A DNA stretch of 62,199 nucleotides from a virus (lineage: Duplodnaviria > Caudoviricetes), in the IMG/VR virus record IMGVR_UViG_3300024182_000003, positions 1 to 62,199 of that record; one strand, 5' to 3'. The position numbers and the translations under genes were made by a program. Positions 8,811-18,927 of this stretch are shown piece after piece. The notes beneath the pieces were generated by a model. That model made no database searches and had not been told where the DNA came from. It saw only the letters and a program-made list of their open reading frames with translations. Within the stretch, counting starts at the first letter, position 1; each line of letters opens with the position of its first letter.

Positions 8811-11599
8811 TGCCGAACAAAGCCAGAATCGAGATAGAAGTTGATGCTTCGGGTAAGGTACGAGCTACCGTTAAAGACATTGACGGATTAGTAGACAAGC
8901 TCGGTCGTACTGGCGAAGCTACAGGGCATAAACTCGATACTGCTTTTGGTGTTTTTAGTGGCGAGATCATTGCAGACTTCTTTCGTGAAGGCTTACGCGA
9001 AGCTGAGCACTTTGCTAGTGAGTCAATTAAGAAGTTTAACGAGTTAAAGCTTTCGCAACTTGCGCTTAGGTCTACTGCTGGTTTTTTCGGATTCTCTCCT
9101 GATGAAGCTGAACGTTCTGTTCAGAGCTTAAACGGATTTAGATTAGGGTTGTTAAACGCTAAAGAAGGTGCTCGTGCGTTACAGCTACTGATGAGTTCTT
9201 CGTTTAAGTTTTCACTACAAGATTCAGTTCAAATTGTTAACGGCCTAACCGATGCAGCGTCTCTTAATCGGAATATGATCTATTCCGTTGGGCAAGCTGT
9301 AGAGTACGCCGCTCAGGGTATCAAGAATAAGAATCTTCGTCAGGTTGAAGAAGCTGGTATAACGACAAGTGTCAATCGAATACTTGAGCAACAAGGGATT
9401 AAGGAAGCAGACCTTAACGATAAGACGAAAGCTAGCGCAGTATCGCAAGCTCTTAAAGTTGGACTGTTGAAAGAGACTGCGCAGTTCTATGGCGATGCTG
9501 AGAAGAAAGCCGCTACTTTTCAAGGTCGTATGCTTCAGATCGATACGATCTACTTGAAGCTTCAACAAACGTTTGGCAAAGCGATTGAAGAAAATCCCGA
9601 AGTCTTAAAAGGTATTACCGACATTGGTGATAAGTTAGCGAAAGCACTAGTTGAAGCTTCAACGCCAGGAACTAAGCTTAATCAAACGTTAACTGATTTT
9701 ATTTCTTTAGGCGGTGAGGCTGTACAAGTAGGTGCGAAGCTAATTGAGTTTACTACTAAGTGGGCCGGAGAAATTGCAGCACTTATTAAGGTCGCTGCTG
9801 GAATAGGCGTGGTCTTTGCACTAAGTAAGGGAACGGCTGCTGCTGGCTTTGTTGGAGGGTTGTTAGGTAAGTCTCCGTTTGGGCTCAATCGCGCAGTAAG
9901 AGAAGTCGAAGGTGAGTTTGGCGGAGGTGTTGCTGTAGGGACGAGAAGCGGTGAAACCGTAGTAGCTGGTCAACGGATAAGCAAAGAAAGAGAAGCGGGT
10001 GATGTACTTGAAAAGTTCAATATTGCTGCGAAAAAGTCAACTGGAAGCTTGCAGGAAATGGAGAAGAAAGCTTCGTCTATGTGGAAGGATTTCGCAAGTG
10101 GTGGTATTGGAAAGGTCGGTAACACTGCGCTTATTGTTGGGCCACTTGTAGCCGCTTTGACAGAATGGATTACTGGCGCAATAAGAGAAGCGAAAGAAAA
10201 AGCTCTAGGTGATATTTCTCGAACTGCGAACTTAGGTCTAGGCGAAAAAGACCTAACCGAACGAAGAAAAGAACTAGAGCAATTACGAACGCTTCAACCT
10301 TCTGAGGCGAATGGATCACAAGCCGATATTAACTTACGTATTGCACAAACTGAAAAACTTCTCGATCTTCAAAGGCAACTTGCAGACTTCAAGAAAATTG
10401 GCGATAGCTTAACAGCGCTTCGTCAAGGTGGTGCGACTTATGCCGAGGTAACGAAGAAGCTGCAAGAGACTACCAGATTTCAATCACTGGAAGCTCTTCA
10501 AGACGAGATCAGAAAGACCGAGCTTGCGCTTAAAGCGGGTGGAGGTGGATCGTCAGATGCAATCACGAAGATGTTCCAGGAAATTCGTATTCCTGGGGAA
10601 GAAACTTCGAAGCTTGTAAACGAGCAAATGCATCGCATACATACTGCGATCAGCGCTTCAAGTAAAGAGTTCGTTGATATGCTTGCGTCACTCCAAAGTG
10701 ACACCGGCAACCCTTACGTTGCGATCTTTCGTAAGGCAAGTAAGGCTCAAGAAGAGTTCGAAAAGAAATTTGGTAGACTACCCGAAAGTATTCAATCAGT
10801 ATTTGAGAAGGTTCGTACTCAAGAACTTGGCGTTGAGATATTCAAGCAAGACCTAACTCAGATCAAGGGTGCGGCAGAGCTTCAACTTGAGCAACAACGC
10901 TTGAGTGTTAATCGTGGGTTTGAACAGACTCGCGAGCAAAGAGACATCGACCTATTCGAGAAGCTGACAGCGTTCGATAAGCAAAAGAAGAATCTTTTTG
11001 CGCAATCAACTATTCCAACTGCAAGCGATCTTGCGAGACTTGCAGATCAGTTTACTGGCGATAGTCTGTCAAAAGCTATCTTGTCGGCAACTGCTGGTTT
11101 GTCACCTGAAGAGATTCGAGGTGAAGGACTTCAGTATAAGATTGCTTATGCGCTTGACAGGGAAAAAGATAGAACTCAACGTGAAGCTGATATAACAAAT
11201 CGCAAGGATCAGTTACAGAGGGATTCTCTGACTGATAGTTTACGTAAACTTGATGAACGTGCAGCTTCTGAAGGTGAATTATCGATATTCAAACAGACGG
11301 CATTGACACAGGCAAAGCTTGATGAGTTCAAACGTCTGACTGATGATCAACTTTCACCTGAACAACGTGAGCTTAAGATGCGGTTAATCAGTGACAAGCT
11401 TGCTCAAGACTCTGCATTAAGGCAGGCCGCTGAGAAACAGGAAGCAGACCGTCAAAGCGCTCAACAGGATTTCATTAACAAGTTGAACACGTTTACAAAT
11501 TCACTACCGTATGAGCTTCGTATACAGGTTCTTGATGATACTGTAAACGGTGTAGAGTCAACGAAGATTTTAGGACACTCTAAAGCAACAAGCGAATAG
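8810..11599 (+). CDS. Tape measure protein
   Basis: 929 aa helical Ala/Gly/Leu-rich protein with hydrophobic stretches; N-terminal I.I..D.SG motif; position. Confidence 0.85.
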   Translation: MPNKARIEIEVDASGKVRATVKDIDGLVDKLGRTGEATGHKLDTAFGVFSGEIIADFFREGLREAEHFASESIKKFNELKLSQLALRSTAGFFGFSPDEAERSVQSLNGFRLGLLNAKEGARALQLLMSSSFKFSLQDSVQIVNGLTDAASLNRNMIYSVGQAVEYAAQGIKNKNLRQVEEAGITTSVNRILEQQGIKEADLNDKTKASAVSQALKVGLLKETAQFYGDAEKKAATFQGRMLQIDTIYLKLQQTFGKAIEENPEVLKGITDIGDKLAKALVEASTPGTKLNQTLTDFISLGGEAVQVGAKLIEFTTKWAGEIAALIKVAAGIGVVFALSKGTAAAGFVGGLLGKSPFGLNRAVREVEGEFGGGVAVGTRSGETVVAGQRISKEREAGDVLEKFNIAAKKSTGSLQEMEKKASSMWKDFASGGIGKVGNTALIVGPLVAALTEWITGAIREAKEKALGDISRTANLGLGEKDLTERRKELEQLRTLQPSEANGSQADINLRIAQTEKLLDLQRQLADFKKIGDSLTALRQGGATYAEVTKKLQETTRFQSLEALQDEIRKTELALKAGGGGSSDAITKMFQEIRIPGEETSKLVNEQMHRIHTAISASSKEFVDMLASLQSDTGNPYVAIFRKASKAQEEFEKKFGRLPESIQSVFEKVRTQELGVEIFKQDLTQIKGAAELQLEQQRLSVNRGFEQTREQRDIDLFEKLTAFDKQKKNLFAQSTIPTASDLARLADQFTGDSLSKAILSATAGLSPEEIRGEGLQYKIAYALDREKDRTQREADITNRKDQLQRDSLTDSLRKLDERAASEGELSIFKQTALTQAKLDEFKRLTDDQLSPEQRELKMRLISDKLAQDSALRQAAEKQEADRQSAQQDFINKLNTFTNSLPYELRIQVLDDTVNGVESTKILGHSKATSE

Positions 11600-11608
11600 G
11601 GAGGGCAC

Positions 11609-11758
11609 GTGGAAAAGAAGATGTTAGTATTGCTTACGATAGTCGATGGTCAAGTTGTTGTCAAAGGAGTATGCGAACTTGATAATCGCGACTTGGCTGA
11701 TGAATGGAAAGAAGGGGATAAGCATCGTCAAATTCACGAGGTTGATGTTTTAGAGTAA
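11609..11758 (+). CDS. Small hypothetical protein (49 aa, not in ORF track)
   Basis: GGAGG RBS, GTG start, fills the gap after tape measure. Confidence 0.5.
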   Translation: MEKKMLVLLTIVDGQVVVKGVCELDNRDLADEWKEGDKHRQIHEVDVLE

Positions 11759-11761
11759 GCG

Positions 11762-12196
11762 ATGGCAAAGCCTTATGCGCAAGGGTCAATCGCTGGAGTT
11801 GACCTGAAGAAAGACGGTGTAAACTGCCAATGCTTTATCGTAGACGGTGGAGCATTTAAGCTTGGACTTCGTGGATCGATGGCGTTGGCTGCTGACGGTT
11901 CACCGAAGGTTCAAATACTCGTGACAGGGCAAAAAGGAATTGTGTTTGGAGTTCATCTGACGTACTTCCCTGTCAGCGTATTTGATGCTGTACTTACTGC
12001 AATTGTGAATGCGATCGGTGGAGGGTCTACATTTGTTGTAGCATTACAAGATGAACTACATACGATCAATCATAATTGTACGTGGGACTTTAGTGCTGCA
12101 CCAAACGGCCCAACTTATCCAGAGCAAAGAACTTCGGCAGAGTCGATTAAAGATGTGACGTTGAGACTAGTTACAACGGGTGCTGTGTCACCTTAG
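11762..12196 (+). CDS. Putative distal tail protein
   Basis: Follows tape measure; .A.DG...V motif; beta-rich. Confidence 0.45.
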   Translation: MAKPYAQGSIAGVDLKKDGVNCQCFIVDGGAFKLGLRGSMALAADGSPKVQILVTGQKGIVFGVHLTYFPVSVFDAVLTAIVNAIGGGSTFVVALQDELHTINHNCTWDFSAAPNGPTYPEQRTSAESIKDVTLRLVTTGAVSP

Positions 12197-12205
12197 AGTG
12201 ACGTT

Positions 12206-12400
12206 ATGGCGAGATATAACAAGTTCTTTGTTGCTGTTGCCGGTGCGTTGATAATGGTACTGTTAACACTTGAAGACGGTCATATCGACCTTACCGAGTG
12301 GGTTAAAATTGGCATATCGATTATCACAGCGATACTTGTTTTCTTAATCGGTAACAAGGAGAAAGAAGACGATGGCAGGTCTGGTAGATCGGATTTTTAA
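12206..12400 (+). CDS. Small two-TM membrane protein, holin-like
   Basis: KFFVAVAGAL...EWV.I...IITAILVFLI.N with charged tail. Confidence 0.55.
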   Translation: MARYNKFFVAVAGALIMVLLTLEDGHIDLTEWVKIGISIITAILVFLIGNKEKEDDGRSGRSDF

Positions 12401-13433
12401 CGGCACATCTTGGGTTGCGTCAAACTGCCGTCTAGTTCACGTTGTGCCTTCTTCGGGAGGTGTATTTGCTGTAGTAACTGCTGTGTCGAATTTTAGCGGT
12501 GAAGCTATAGCTGATGAATACGTATTGACTTTTTCCGACGTAGATACAGTAGGTAATACTGCTAAGGTCTACGTAATGCCTCAGAGTCCGAACAATCCTT
12601 ATCGAAACGTTGCTGGCATTGATATCATAATAGACGGTTCAACGATTCACTCAGAAGTGGTTCCTGGTATCGATCTAGTTTTTAGTGCTTCAGGAAGTTT
12701 TTCAGATACGTGGAGTGATAAGATTTTGATTGGTGTGTATCAAGGTACGTTCAATGCCTTTGGTGACACCGCTGGACTTCCTGGCATTGCTGTACGACAT
12801 CAGGTACTGAACGAAGATTCAGGTGCAGCCGCAGATTGTCTTGCCACTTTGAAAGTGATGTCGATTCAAGTGAGAACTAACGGGATTATATTTGCAGACA
12901 TCAAACCTTTCGCAGATAGTGCTACTGAGAAAGTCTTAGGTGGTGGTTCCGAGCGTGTGATGCCTTATCACGTTACAGTAGCTAACGTGACAGGTGTAGG
13001 CGCTTCGAAGGTAATGGACTTATCAGTTGACGGTTCACACGTTGATGTTCAAAACTTGAGTACCGGAGCTACTACGACTTCGACAGGTCTAAACGTAGTG
13101 GATAGATACAAGATTGCTTCGGGCGATCTTATCTCGTTTGAGTTCAAGTTGAGTCAGAGCGCGGAAGATAGTAGCACTGCAAATGTGATGATCTTTCAAA
13201 AGCGATATCAACAGATTGCACCTGATGTTGATGGAGTTGCGGGAGCTTGGGGAACGTCTGATGTACAACTTACACAAAGCGGTGAGAGTGCAGGAGTAAT
13301 TCAGCCAACTGCGGTAGCATACTATTGGACACGTCCCCTTGTACCAGACGGTGCCGATGGATCATCTAACCCGTATCCTGGTAATGTGTTCTTAGTTGGC
13401 AAGCAAACTGGTACGGCGGGATGGGTAGCCTAA
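12372..13433 (+). CDS. Minor tail/virion protein
   Basis: 353 aa, Gly/Ser/Val-rich beta protein in tail module. Confidence 0.6.
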   Translation: MAGLVDRIFNGTSWVASNCRLVHVVPSSGGVFAVVTAVSNFSGEAIADEYVLTFSDVDTVGNTAKVYVMPQSPNNPYRNVAGIDIIIDGSTIHSEVVPGIDLVFSASGSFSDTWSDKILIGVYQGTFNAFGDTAGLPGIAVRHQVLNEDSGAAADCLATLKVMSIQVRTNGIIFADIKPFADSATEKVLGGGSERVMPYHVTVANVTGVGASKVMDLSVDGSHVDVQNLSTGATTTSTGLNVVDRYKIASGDLISFEFKLSQSAEDSSTANVMIFQKRYQQIAPDVDGVAGAWGTSDVQLTQSGESAGVIQPTAVAYYWTRPLVPDGADGSSNPYPGNVFLVGKQTGTAGWVA

Positions 13434-13440
13434 AATACGG

Positions 13441-13591
13441 TCTAGGATAGCTCATAAGATAGCGATTCCCGGCGTCCAGGCTTGATTTCCGGGCCTTTTA
13501 GACCTGACCCGATAGGTAGGGTAGGGGTCGAGGGAAAGTGGCTTAAATCAGTGGTTACGGAAGAAATTGCTAATGTAACTTCAGAGTGACA
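13441..13591 (+). repeat. ~150-bp conserved intergenic element, copy A
   Basis: Ungapped match to 52621-52771 (+) and 26315-26465 (-): TTCCCGGCGTCCA, GATTTCC, AAAGTGGCTTAAATC, TTACGGA, terminal dyad. Confidence 0.9.
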
Positions 13592-13604
13592 ATCGAGGGA
13601 AAAG

Positions 13605-15602
13605 ATGGCATTTGCAAGACAGTTAATCATCGGACAAACCTCTACTGGTTCTCAGATCGGACAAGTAGAAACCAGCGGAGAGTCGTTAGCTAAAGGTGAT
13701 GCCGCTGATTTACGAGATGAGGATGGTAGCGCGAGTCGATTTACGGGCTCACTAGCTCACGTTGGATTTCAAGCGAACATCGGGCCTACACGTCACTTCC
13801 TAACTATCAAGATACCGCTCAAAGGAAACCTCCCTGCCTTTAGTCGAGTCTTTCAGGCTTTCTTAAATCTAAGTATTGAACGTGGATCATTCCCAAGCGG
13901 TGTGGTTCCTGGAGGTACGGTTAAAGTCAGTTTGTATGGTATTCGTCGCCCTGGCTTTGATTATGCGACCTTTGAATGGGATGTGTATAAAACGTCTACT
14001 GCCTGGGCCGAGTTTGGAGGTAAGATTGGAGTCGATTACACTGCACTTGAGATCGGGCTGTTCAACTTTTCTCAAACCGATTATGATACCTTGGGCAGTT
14101 CGGGTAAGATGTTCAAAGCTATAGAGTGCGCTGCCGAAATTCAATATCACACTGATCGAAATGAAGATGGTTACGTAACTGCTATGCCAGCAGCGGTAGG
14201 ATGGAGAGTTGCAGCGGTTGCACGTGAATATGTGTTTGTTGAAAATCCTGCTTCGTTTACTACTTCACCACATCACTATTTGACTATCAAATACGTTCCT
14301 TCTCTTGTGTTGCATAGTTCGCTTGCAACTTCAGGTAGAGCGATTGATCTAAACGGTGTATTAGACAAAGACTCGTTTGAGTCGAGCAAGCATATCTATC
14401 TTGGCTTTATTGATCAAGGCGAGATAGGTGATCCAGTCAAGTATTGGATTCGTAATACTAGGACAGATCGAGTTGCTAGAAGGATTATTTTAGAAGCGAC
14501 CCGTTCGATGGCAACTACACCTGTAGCTAACGTTGCTAATGTTGGAACCAAGACCTTGCGAAGTGTTGATGTCTATGATCTTCATCAGTCTGCCGGTGTT
14601 ACTGATGAGTTAACACCTCGTGGTGCGTGGTATTGCATTGCGACAAGTTCCACTCAGTATAGCGTTTATTTTCAAGCCGATTTTACTGGTTCTTACACTA
14701 TCGTTGCTTCAGGTAAGGCGTTCGGTAGTGATGAAATAATCTCAGTATCTTCGGTGAAGAAGATTCGTCTTCGTTCTGCTAAGTGGTCAGCGGCTACACC
14801 AACAACAAATGATCGTTGGGACTTTGAGACAGTTGGCGATACAACTGATCCAAACTTCTCGACAGATTCTAAGTCAATGATGGATTTGATTCCTCCGACG
14901 AGCTTGTTTGCTGGCGACTCACCTGATACTTCAAAGTCTCGACCTGTTACTGGTAAGACTCAAAGGTTGAGAGGATCAACGTATAACTTTGATGACTCTG
15001 GCACTAATCGTAGTGTGGTTATGTTGGCTGATTGCGAAACAGGCTATAGTGTGAATCAGTGGGGATACATCTTTGACGGCACAGGATACGAAGCTGTACA
15101 AATTCACGCAATCAAGCAAACAGCCGATGCTCTGCCAACGGGTGCTCCTGGAGGTGAAGTAGGTGATGCGGTAGTTACTACGACTCAGCTTTCAAGAACT
15201 TATGCAGCGGGAGCTTACTTTACAACGGGTCTTTATATTGACTCGATTGCCAAAGCTTCAGATACTTTCGTAGCTGTTGGAGGCGCGGCTGCTGGACAGA
15301 ACTTGATCAATTTAACTACAGCGGTTGATTGGTCTGCAAGCGATACGGTTAATGCAATTCATCTCGATACAGGATTGGTTGAAACCTACGTGATTGATGC
15401 GAACCTTGGAGGATTGCAAATTCGTGTAACATCGAATCTACTATCTTCACTTGCAGCGGGTGATTTAGTCCTAAAGACTGTAGCGACTAATTCAGCAAGC
15501 TTCTTTGCTCGTGGTGAAGTGCCGGAAGGTGCATCACTTGGAGATCGACTTGCATTCTTGCGAGTGTATGAAGCAAGATCGAGCTTGCAAAATATCGTCT
15601 GA
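13605..15602 (+). CDS. Large tail/virion protein, N-terminal DNRLRE-like carbohydrate-binding domain possible
   Basis: 665 aa beta-rich; A.LNL...AT..W......W...GG..G.DY pattern. Confidence 0.55.
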   Translation: MAFARQLIIGQTSTGSQIGQVETSGESLAKGDAADLRDEDGSASRFTGSLAHVGFQANIGPTRHFLTIKIPLKGNLPAFSRVFQAFLNLSIERGSFPSGVVPGGTVKVSLYGIRRPGFDYATFEWDVYKTSTAWAEFGGKIGVDYTALEIGLFNFSQTDYDTLGSSGKMFKAIECAAEIQYHTDRNEDGYVTAMPAAVGWRVAAVAREYVFVENPASFTTSPHHYLTIKYVPSLVLHSSLATSGRAIDLNGVLDKDSFESSKHIYLGFIDQGEIGDPVKYWIRNTRTDRVARRIILEATRSMATTPVANVANVGTKTLRSVDVYDLHQSAGVTDELTPRGAWYCIATSSTQYSVYFQADFTGSYTIVASGKAFGSDEIISVSSVKKIRLRSAKWSAATPTTNDRWDFETVGDTTDPNFSTDSKSMMDLIPPTSLFAGDSPDTSKSRPVTGKTQRLRGSTYNFDDSGTNRSVVMLADCETGYSVNQWGYIFDGTGYEAVQIHAIKQTADALPTGAPGGEVGDAVVTTTQLSRTYAAGAYFTTGLYIDSIAKASDTFVAVGGAAAGQNLINLTTAVDWSASDTVNAIHLDTGLVETYVIDANLGGLQIRVTSNLLSSLAAGDLVLKTVATNSASFFARGEVPEGASLGDRLAFLRVYEARSSLQNIV

Positions 15603-15613
15603 TGGATTAAAAA

Positions 15614-16012
15614 GTGAAGTTAAAAGATATAATTTGGAGTGCAGGGTTTCTCGAAGGTGATGGAGGATTCTATTTTACTACCACAGCGGTAGTAAGTGCA
15701 GGACAGGATCAACTCTGGCCGTTAGAAGAACTTAAGAGAATTTACGGAGGGTCTATCGTTTATAGTGAGCATTCTCAATGGCATATCTACGGATATGAAG
15801 CTGCCGCAATTATGATGACTCTTTATGATCTTGTATCGCCTAATCGACAAGAACAAATTAGATATGCTTTGAATCAGTGGATGAAAATGAATATTGCGAA
15901 TAAGCTTAAAGAAAGATGTCCAAGGGGACATCTTTATACGGTTACTACGAATAGACGGGTTAACCGAAGGATATGTCGAACTTGTACTAGAGCACAATTC
16001 AAATTCGTGTAA
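15614..16012 (+). CDS. Free-standing LAGLIDADG-like homing endonuclease with C-terminal Zn-finger
   Basis: WSAGFLEGDGGF motif; CPRGHLY...CRTC; locally AT-rich. Confidence 0.75.
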   Translation: MKLKDIIWSAGFLEGDGGFYFTTTAVVSAGQDQLWPLEELKRIYGGSIVYSEHSQWHIYGYEAAAIMMTLYDLVSPNRQEQIRYALNQWMKMNIANKLKERCPRGHLYTVTTNRRVNRRICRTCTRAQFKFV

Positions 16013-16029
16013 TGTCACTCTGAAGTGAT

Positions 16030-16764
16030 ATGCCTATTAACCAGTATGTTCCTGCAACGATCTATACATTACTTGGTGTCGCAACGACTTCGATTCTCAG
16101 GATTGCTTCACCGTGTGATGGCTGGATCACAGAGTTCTACGCAAAGTGTGGAACGGGGCCGGTAACTACTGATGCGCTCTTTGATATCAATATCGCGGGT
16201 ACATCCATCTTTACTTCCGATCCTACACAGCGTCCCAAGATTGTCGCTGGTGGAACTACCGTCACGAAGGTTATCAATCAGGCAGTTTCGAAAAACGATA
16301 TTTTGACTATCGATCTAGATGCTCTTGGCTCTGCTCCGATTGGCAATCCTATCGATTTACGTCTTACCATTAAAGAGGGTTCACCTCGAAAATCAATTTC
16401 ATATACGACAGGTTCTTTAGCTGACGGTGCAAGTGAAGACTTCACTCTAGCGTTAGGATTTGGATTTGTTATTGAACGAATTACAACAACTTTCAAGGCT
16501 TGGGTACGTGGTTACAATACTCCGGCCTACAGAACTAGCGATGCATCCAGGGCGATTACTCAACCTCCTACTGGCGAACACGGAGTTATCTTTGACGTAT
16601 ATTTGAATGATGCCGCTAATTTGACGATTGACATTATGAATGGAAGATTTGGAACCGACTTGCAAGGTACTCGTGATGGAAATATTGCATTCACGCTTCA
16701 GAATAAGAGTGGAGGAACGCAAACAATTCAGGTAACGCTTGACTACTTGGAGCTTGAGTTATGA
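16030..16764 (+). CDS. Minor tail / fibre-associated protein
   Basis: Thr/Gly-rich beta protein in tail module. Confidence 0.55.
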   Translation: MPINQYVPATIYTLLGVATTSILRIASPCDGWITEFYAKCGTGPVTTDALFDINIAGTSIFTSDPTQRPKIVAGGTTVTKVINQAVSKNDILTIDLDALGSAPIGNPIDLRLTIKEGSPRKSISYTTGSLADGASEDFTLALGFGFVIERITTTFKAWVRGYNTPAYRTSDASRAITQPPTGEHGVIFDVYLNDAANLTIDIMNGRFGTDLQGTRDGNIAFTLQNKSGGTQTIQVTLDYLELEL

Positions 16765-17648
16765 GTTACGCTGCTACTGCTGCGCTTGCGCCTGACAATT
16801 CAACTGATGCTAACTTTCGTGCCTGGGGTAGTGCGATTTCGGCCAAGTTTGCATCTATGGGACTTGTAAATACTACGGACACAGGTCAAATCAATTGGAC
16901 TACCGTTACTCATCCAACAACTACTAATGCAAAAACGGGATATGAGATATGGCGTTTTAACGATACGCTTCAGTCAACAGTTCCACTTTACCTGAAGATC
17001 GAGTACGGAAGTGGTGGTGCTGCTAATGCACCTACGCTTTGGATTAGTATCGGTTCTGGAAGTAATGGAAGTGGAACTCTAACTGGTCAACTCGGATGGG
17101 TACAAGCGAAAATTGGAACCTCGAACGCAAACAGTACGAGTACAAAGAACTGTGTGTTTTCAGGTGATACAGGTCGAGTAGGAATGGCGCTTTGGACGGA
17201 CTTTAGTACAGGTGCTTGTGCGTGGTTTATCGAGCGCACAAAGAATACTGATGGTACTGATTCATCACTTGGATTTTTGTTTGCGTTCTATGCTTCTTCG
17301 GCTGATTCAAGCTTTGCTCGCGCTCAGCAATTCATTCCAGCTACGGGTGCAGTTCCAGGAGGCAATACCGATAACAACATCTTCGTTCCGTTTGGTGTGA
17401 CAGGTGGAGCTTACGGCTCAGATACAGCGGTGTATCCGTTCCTGGTTAATCAAGGTGGATCATTTCTCAATGCCGGTATGTCGCATCTAGGATACTTTCC
17501 AGCGGACATTACTCGTGATGTAACGTTCACGATGACTATTTATGGTGCGACTCATACTTACTATCCGCTTGGTGGTACATCGAACCTTGCTACCTGTTTT
17601 CGAGGTAACTCACCATCTGGCGGTACAATTGCAATGAGGTACGAATAA
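16761..17648 (+). CDS. Virion/tail protein
   Basis: ATGA coupling; TGQINWTT...GYEIWRF.D......YLKIEYG pattern, Gly/Thr/Ser-rich. Confidence 0.6.
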   Translation: MSYAATAALAPDNSTDANFRAWGSAISAKFASMGLVNTTDTGQINWTTVTHPTTTNAKTGYEIWRFNDTLQSTVPLYLKIEYGSGGAANAPTLWISIGSGSNGSGTLTGQLGWVQAKIGTSNANSTSTKNCVFSGDTGRVGMALWTDFSTGACAWFIERTKNTDGTDSSLGFLFAFYASSADSSFARAQQFIPATGAVPGGNTDNNIFVPFGVTGGAYGSDTAVYPFLVNQGGSFLNAGMSHLGYFPADITRDVTFTMTIYGATHTYYPLGGTSNLATCFRGNSPSGGTIAMRYE

Positions 17649-17822
17649 ATGGCTAAAGTCTTACAACCGATCGCGGGAGTGAAGGGACAGATTTTTATCA
17701 ATCCGCCTCATAAGTATGTATTTGCTTATGAAACGGCGACTGGTACTCCGGGTGTTCCGCCAGGGGTATCCACGTGGCCTGATGGTGGTCAAAGAATACC
17801 GCATCCTTCAGCGGTAGTGTAA
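17649..17822 (+). CDS. Small hypothetical protein (57 aa, not in ORF track)
   Basis: ATG immediately after previous stop with GAGGT RBS; its stop lies inside an 18-bp dyad. Confidence 0.5.
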   Translation: MAKVLQPIAGVKGQIFINPPHKYVFAYETATGTPGVPPGVSTWPDGGQRIPHPSAVV

Positions 17823-17829
17823 CTCTGAG

Positions 17830-18927
17830 GTGACGTTGCCTGTTTTAGCAAATCAGGATATCGTGTGGCCACATCCACTCTTTGTTAGTAGTGTGCCTGT
17901 TGACGGAACTGCACTTGTCGATCTAGGTGATCCGGTATCTGCTTTGTGGAGTGCTAGGCGTGAGTCTTGGTATCCAATAGATACGGATCAGTTTAGATTC
18001 AATGGGGTACTTGATAATAGCTGGTCACTCACGTCATCTATCTATACTGCACTTTGTGATGTCGGGCTCTTTCCTGAGTTAACTTATGTCGTTTACTTAC
18101 AAGCTGAGACAACCGGAGGGTACAAGGCAATTACTAAGATTACTTTCGGTACTCGTTTAGGTCTTGAAGGTGATTTTAATGAGATAGATGTTCAGGCTCA
18201 ATCGGTTAAAGAAGGGCCGAGTGGACTGTTAGACCTTACGAGATATATAGGCAGAGAGTCATCGCAACTGTTAGACCTTACGAGGTATATAGGTAGAGCA
18301 ACACTACAAACGTTAGACCTTGGACGTTATGTAGGAGGTGAAGCTAGAGGCGTAATTGATTTCTACTTAAGTCAAGTCGGAAGTGCTGGTAGCGATGAGC
18401 TTCAGTTTACTATTACCGTTGTGCCTGATGGAACGTTTGTTGCACTCGATATGCACTTCAATTCGGGTGGAAGCGAAATAGTTAGAATGCAAGTCCTATC
18501 GCCTCCGATTTGGGCACTAGATAGTGAACAGATTCCGGTACTACTAATAGCTCGAATAACACCAGCGGTTGATGTTGGCAAGTTGAGACTATCTCACGCG
18601 AAGGATTTTTACGTTGAAGCCTTTAATACTACTGGCGTTGGTGATCCGGTCGAAGAAACAGTTTTTAGTGCAAAGACAGTTAAGGTCGAGATACTTGGTC
18701 GAGGATTCCTAGTAACTGCAAAACAAGTAGCTAGTCAAGGCGGATTTGTTAATGCGATTGTATCATTAGATACTCTCGTGTCGTTAGTTGAAGAAGTAAT
18801 AAACGCTTGTGGACTTGGGCCGGAAATTCGTGAGATAGCTACCGTATCGGTTGATATTGTACACGGTGATGACATTCAGATATTTGTTGATCTAGTTTCG
18901 AGTGATTGGGAGGAAGTTGGATTGTGA
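17830..18927 (+). CDS. Tail-module protein, paralog of the next gene, with three 14-aa repeats
   Basis: LLDLTRYIG-type repeat x3; shares N- and C-terminal blocks with 18924-19763. Confidence 0.6.
   Translation: MTLPVLANQDIVWPHPLFVSSVPVDGTALVDLGDPVSALWSARRESWYPIDTDQFRFNGVLDNSWSLTSSIYTALCDVGLFPELTYVVYLQAETTGGYKAITKITFGTRLGLEGDFNEIDVQAQSVKEGPSGLLDLTRYIGRESSQLLDLTRYIGRATLQTLDLGRYVGGEARGVIDFYLSQVGSAGSDELQFTITVVPDGTFVALDMHFNSGGSEIVRMQVLSPPIWALDSEQIPVLLIARITPAVDVGKLRLSHAKDFYVEAFNTTGVGDPVEETVFSAKTVKVEILGRGFLVTAKQVASQGGFVNAIVSLDTLVSLVEEVINACGLGPEIREIATVSVDIVHGDDIQIFVDLVSSDWEEVGL
18226..18351 (+). repeat. Intragenic 42-bp tandem repeat x3 (degenerate)
   Basis: GTTAGACCTT core in units starting 18226, 18268, 18310. 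Confidence 0.8.
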
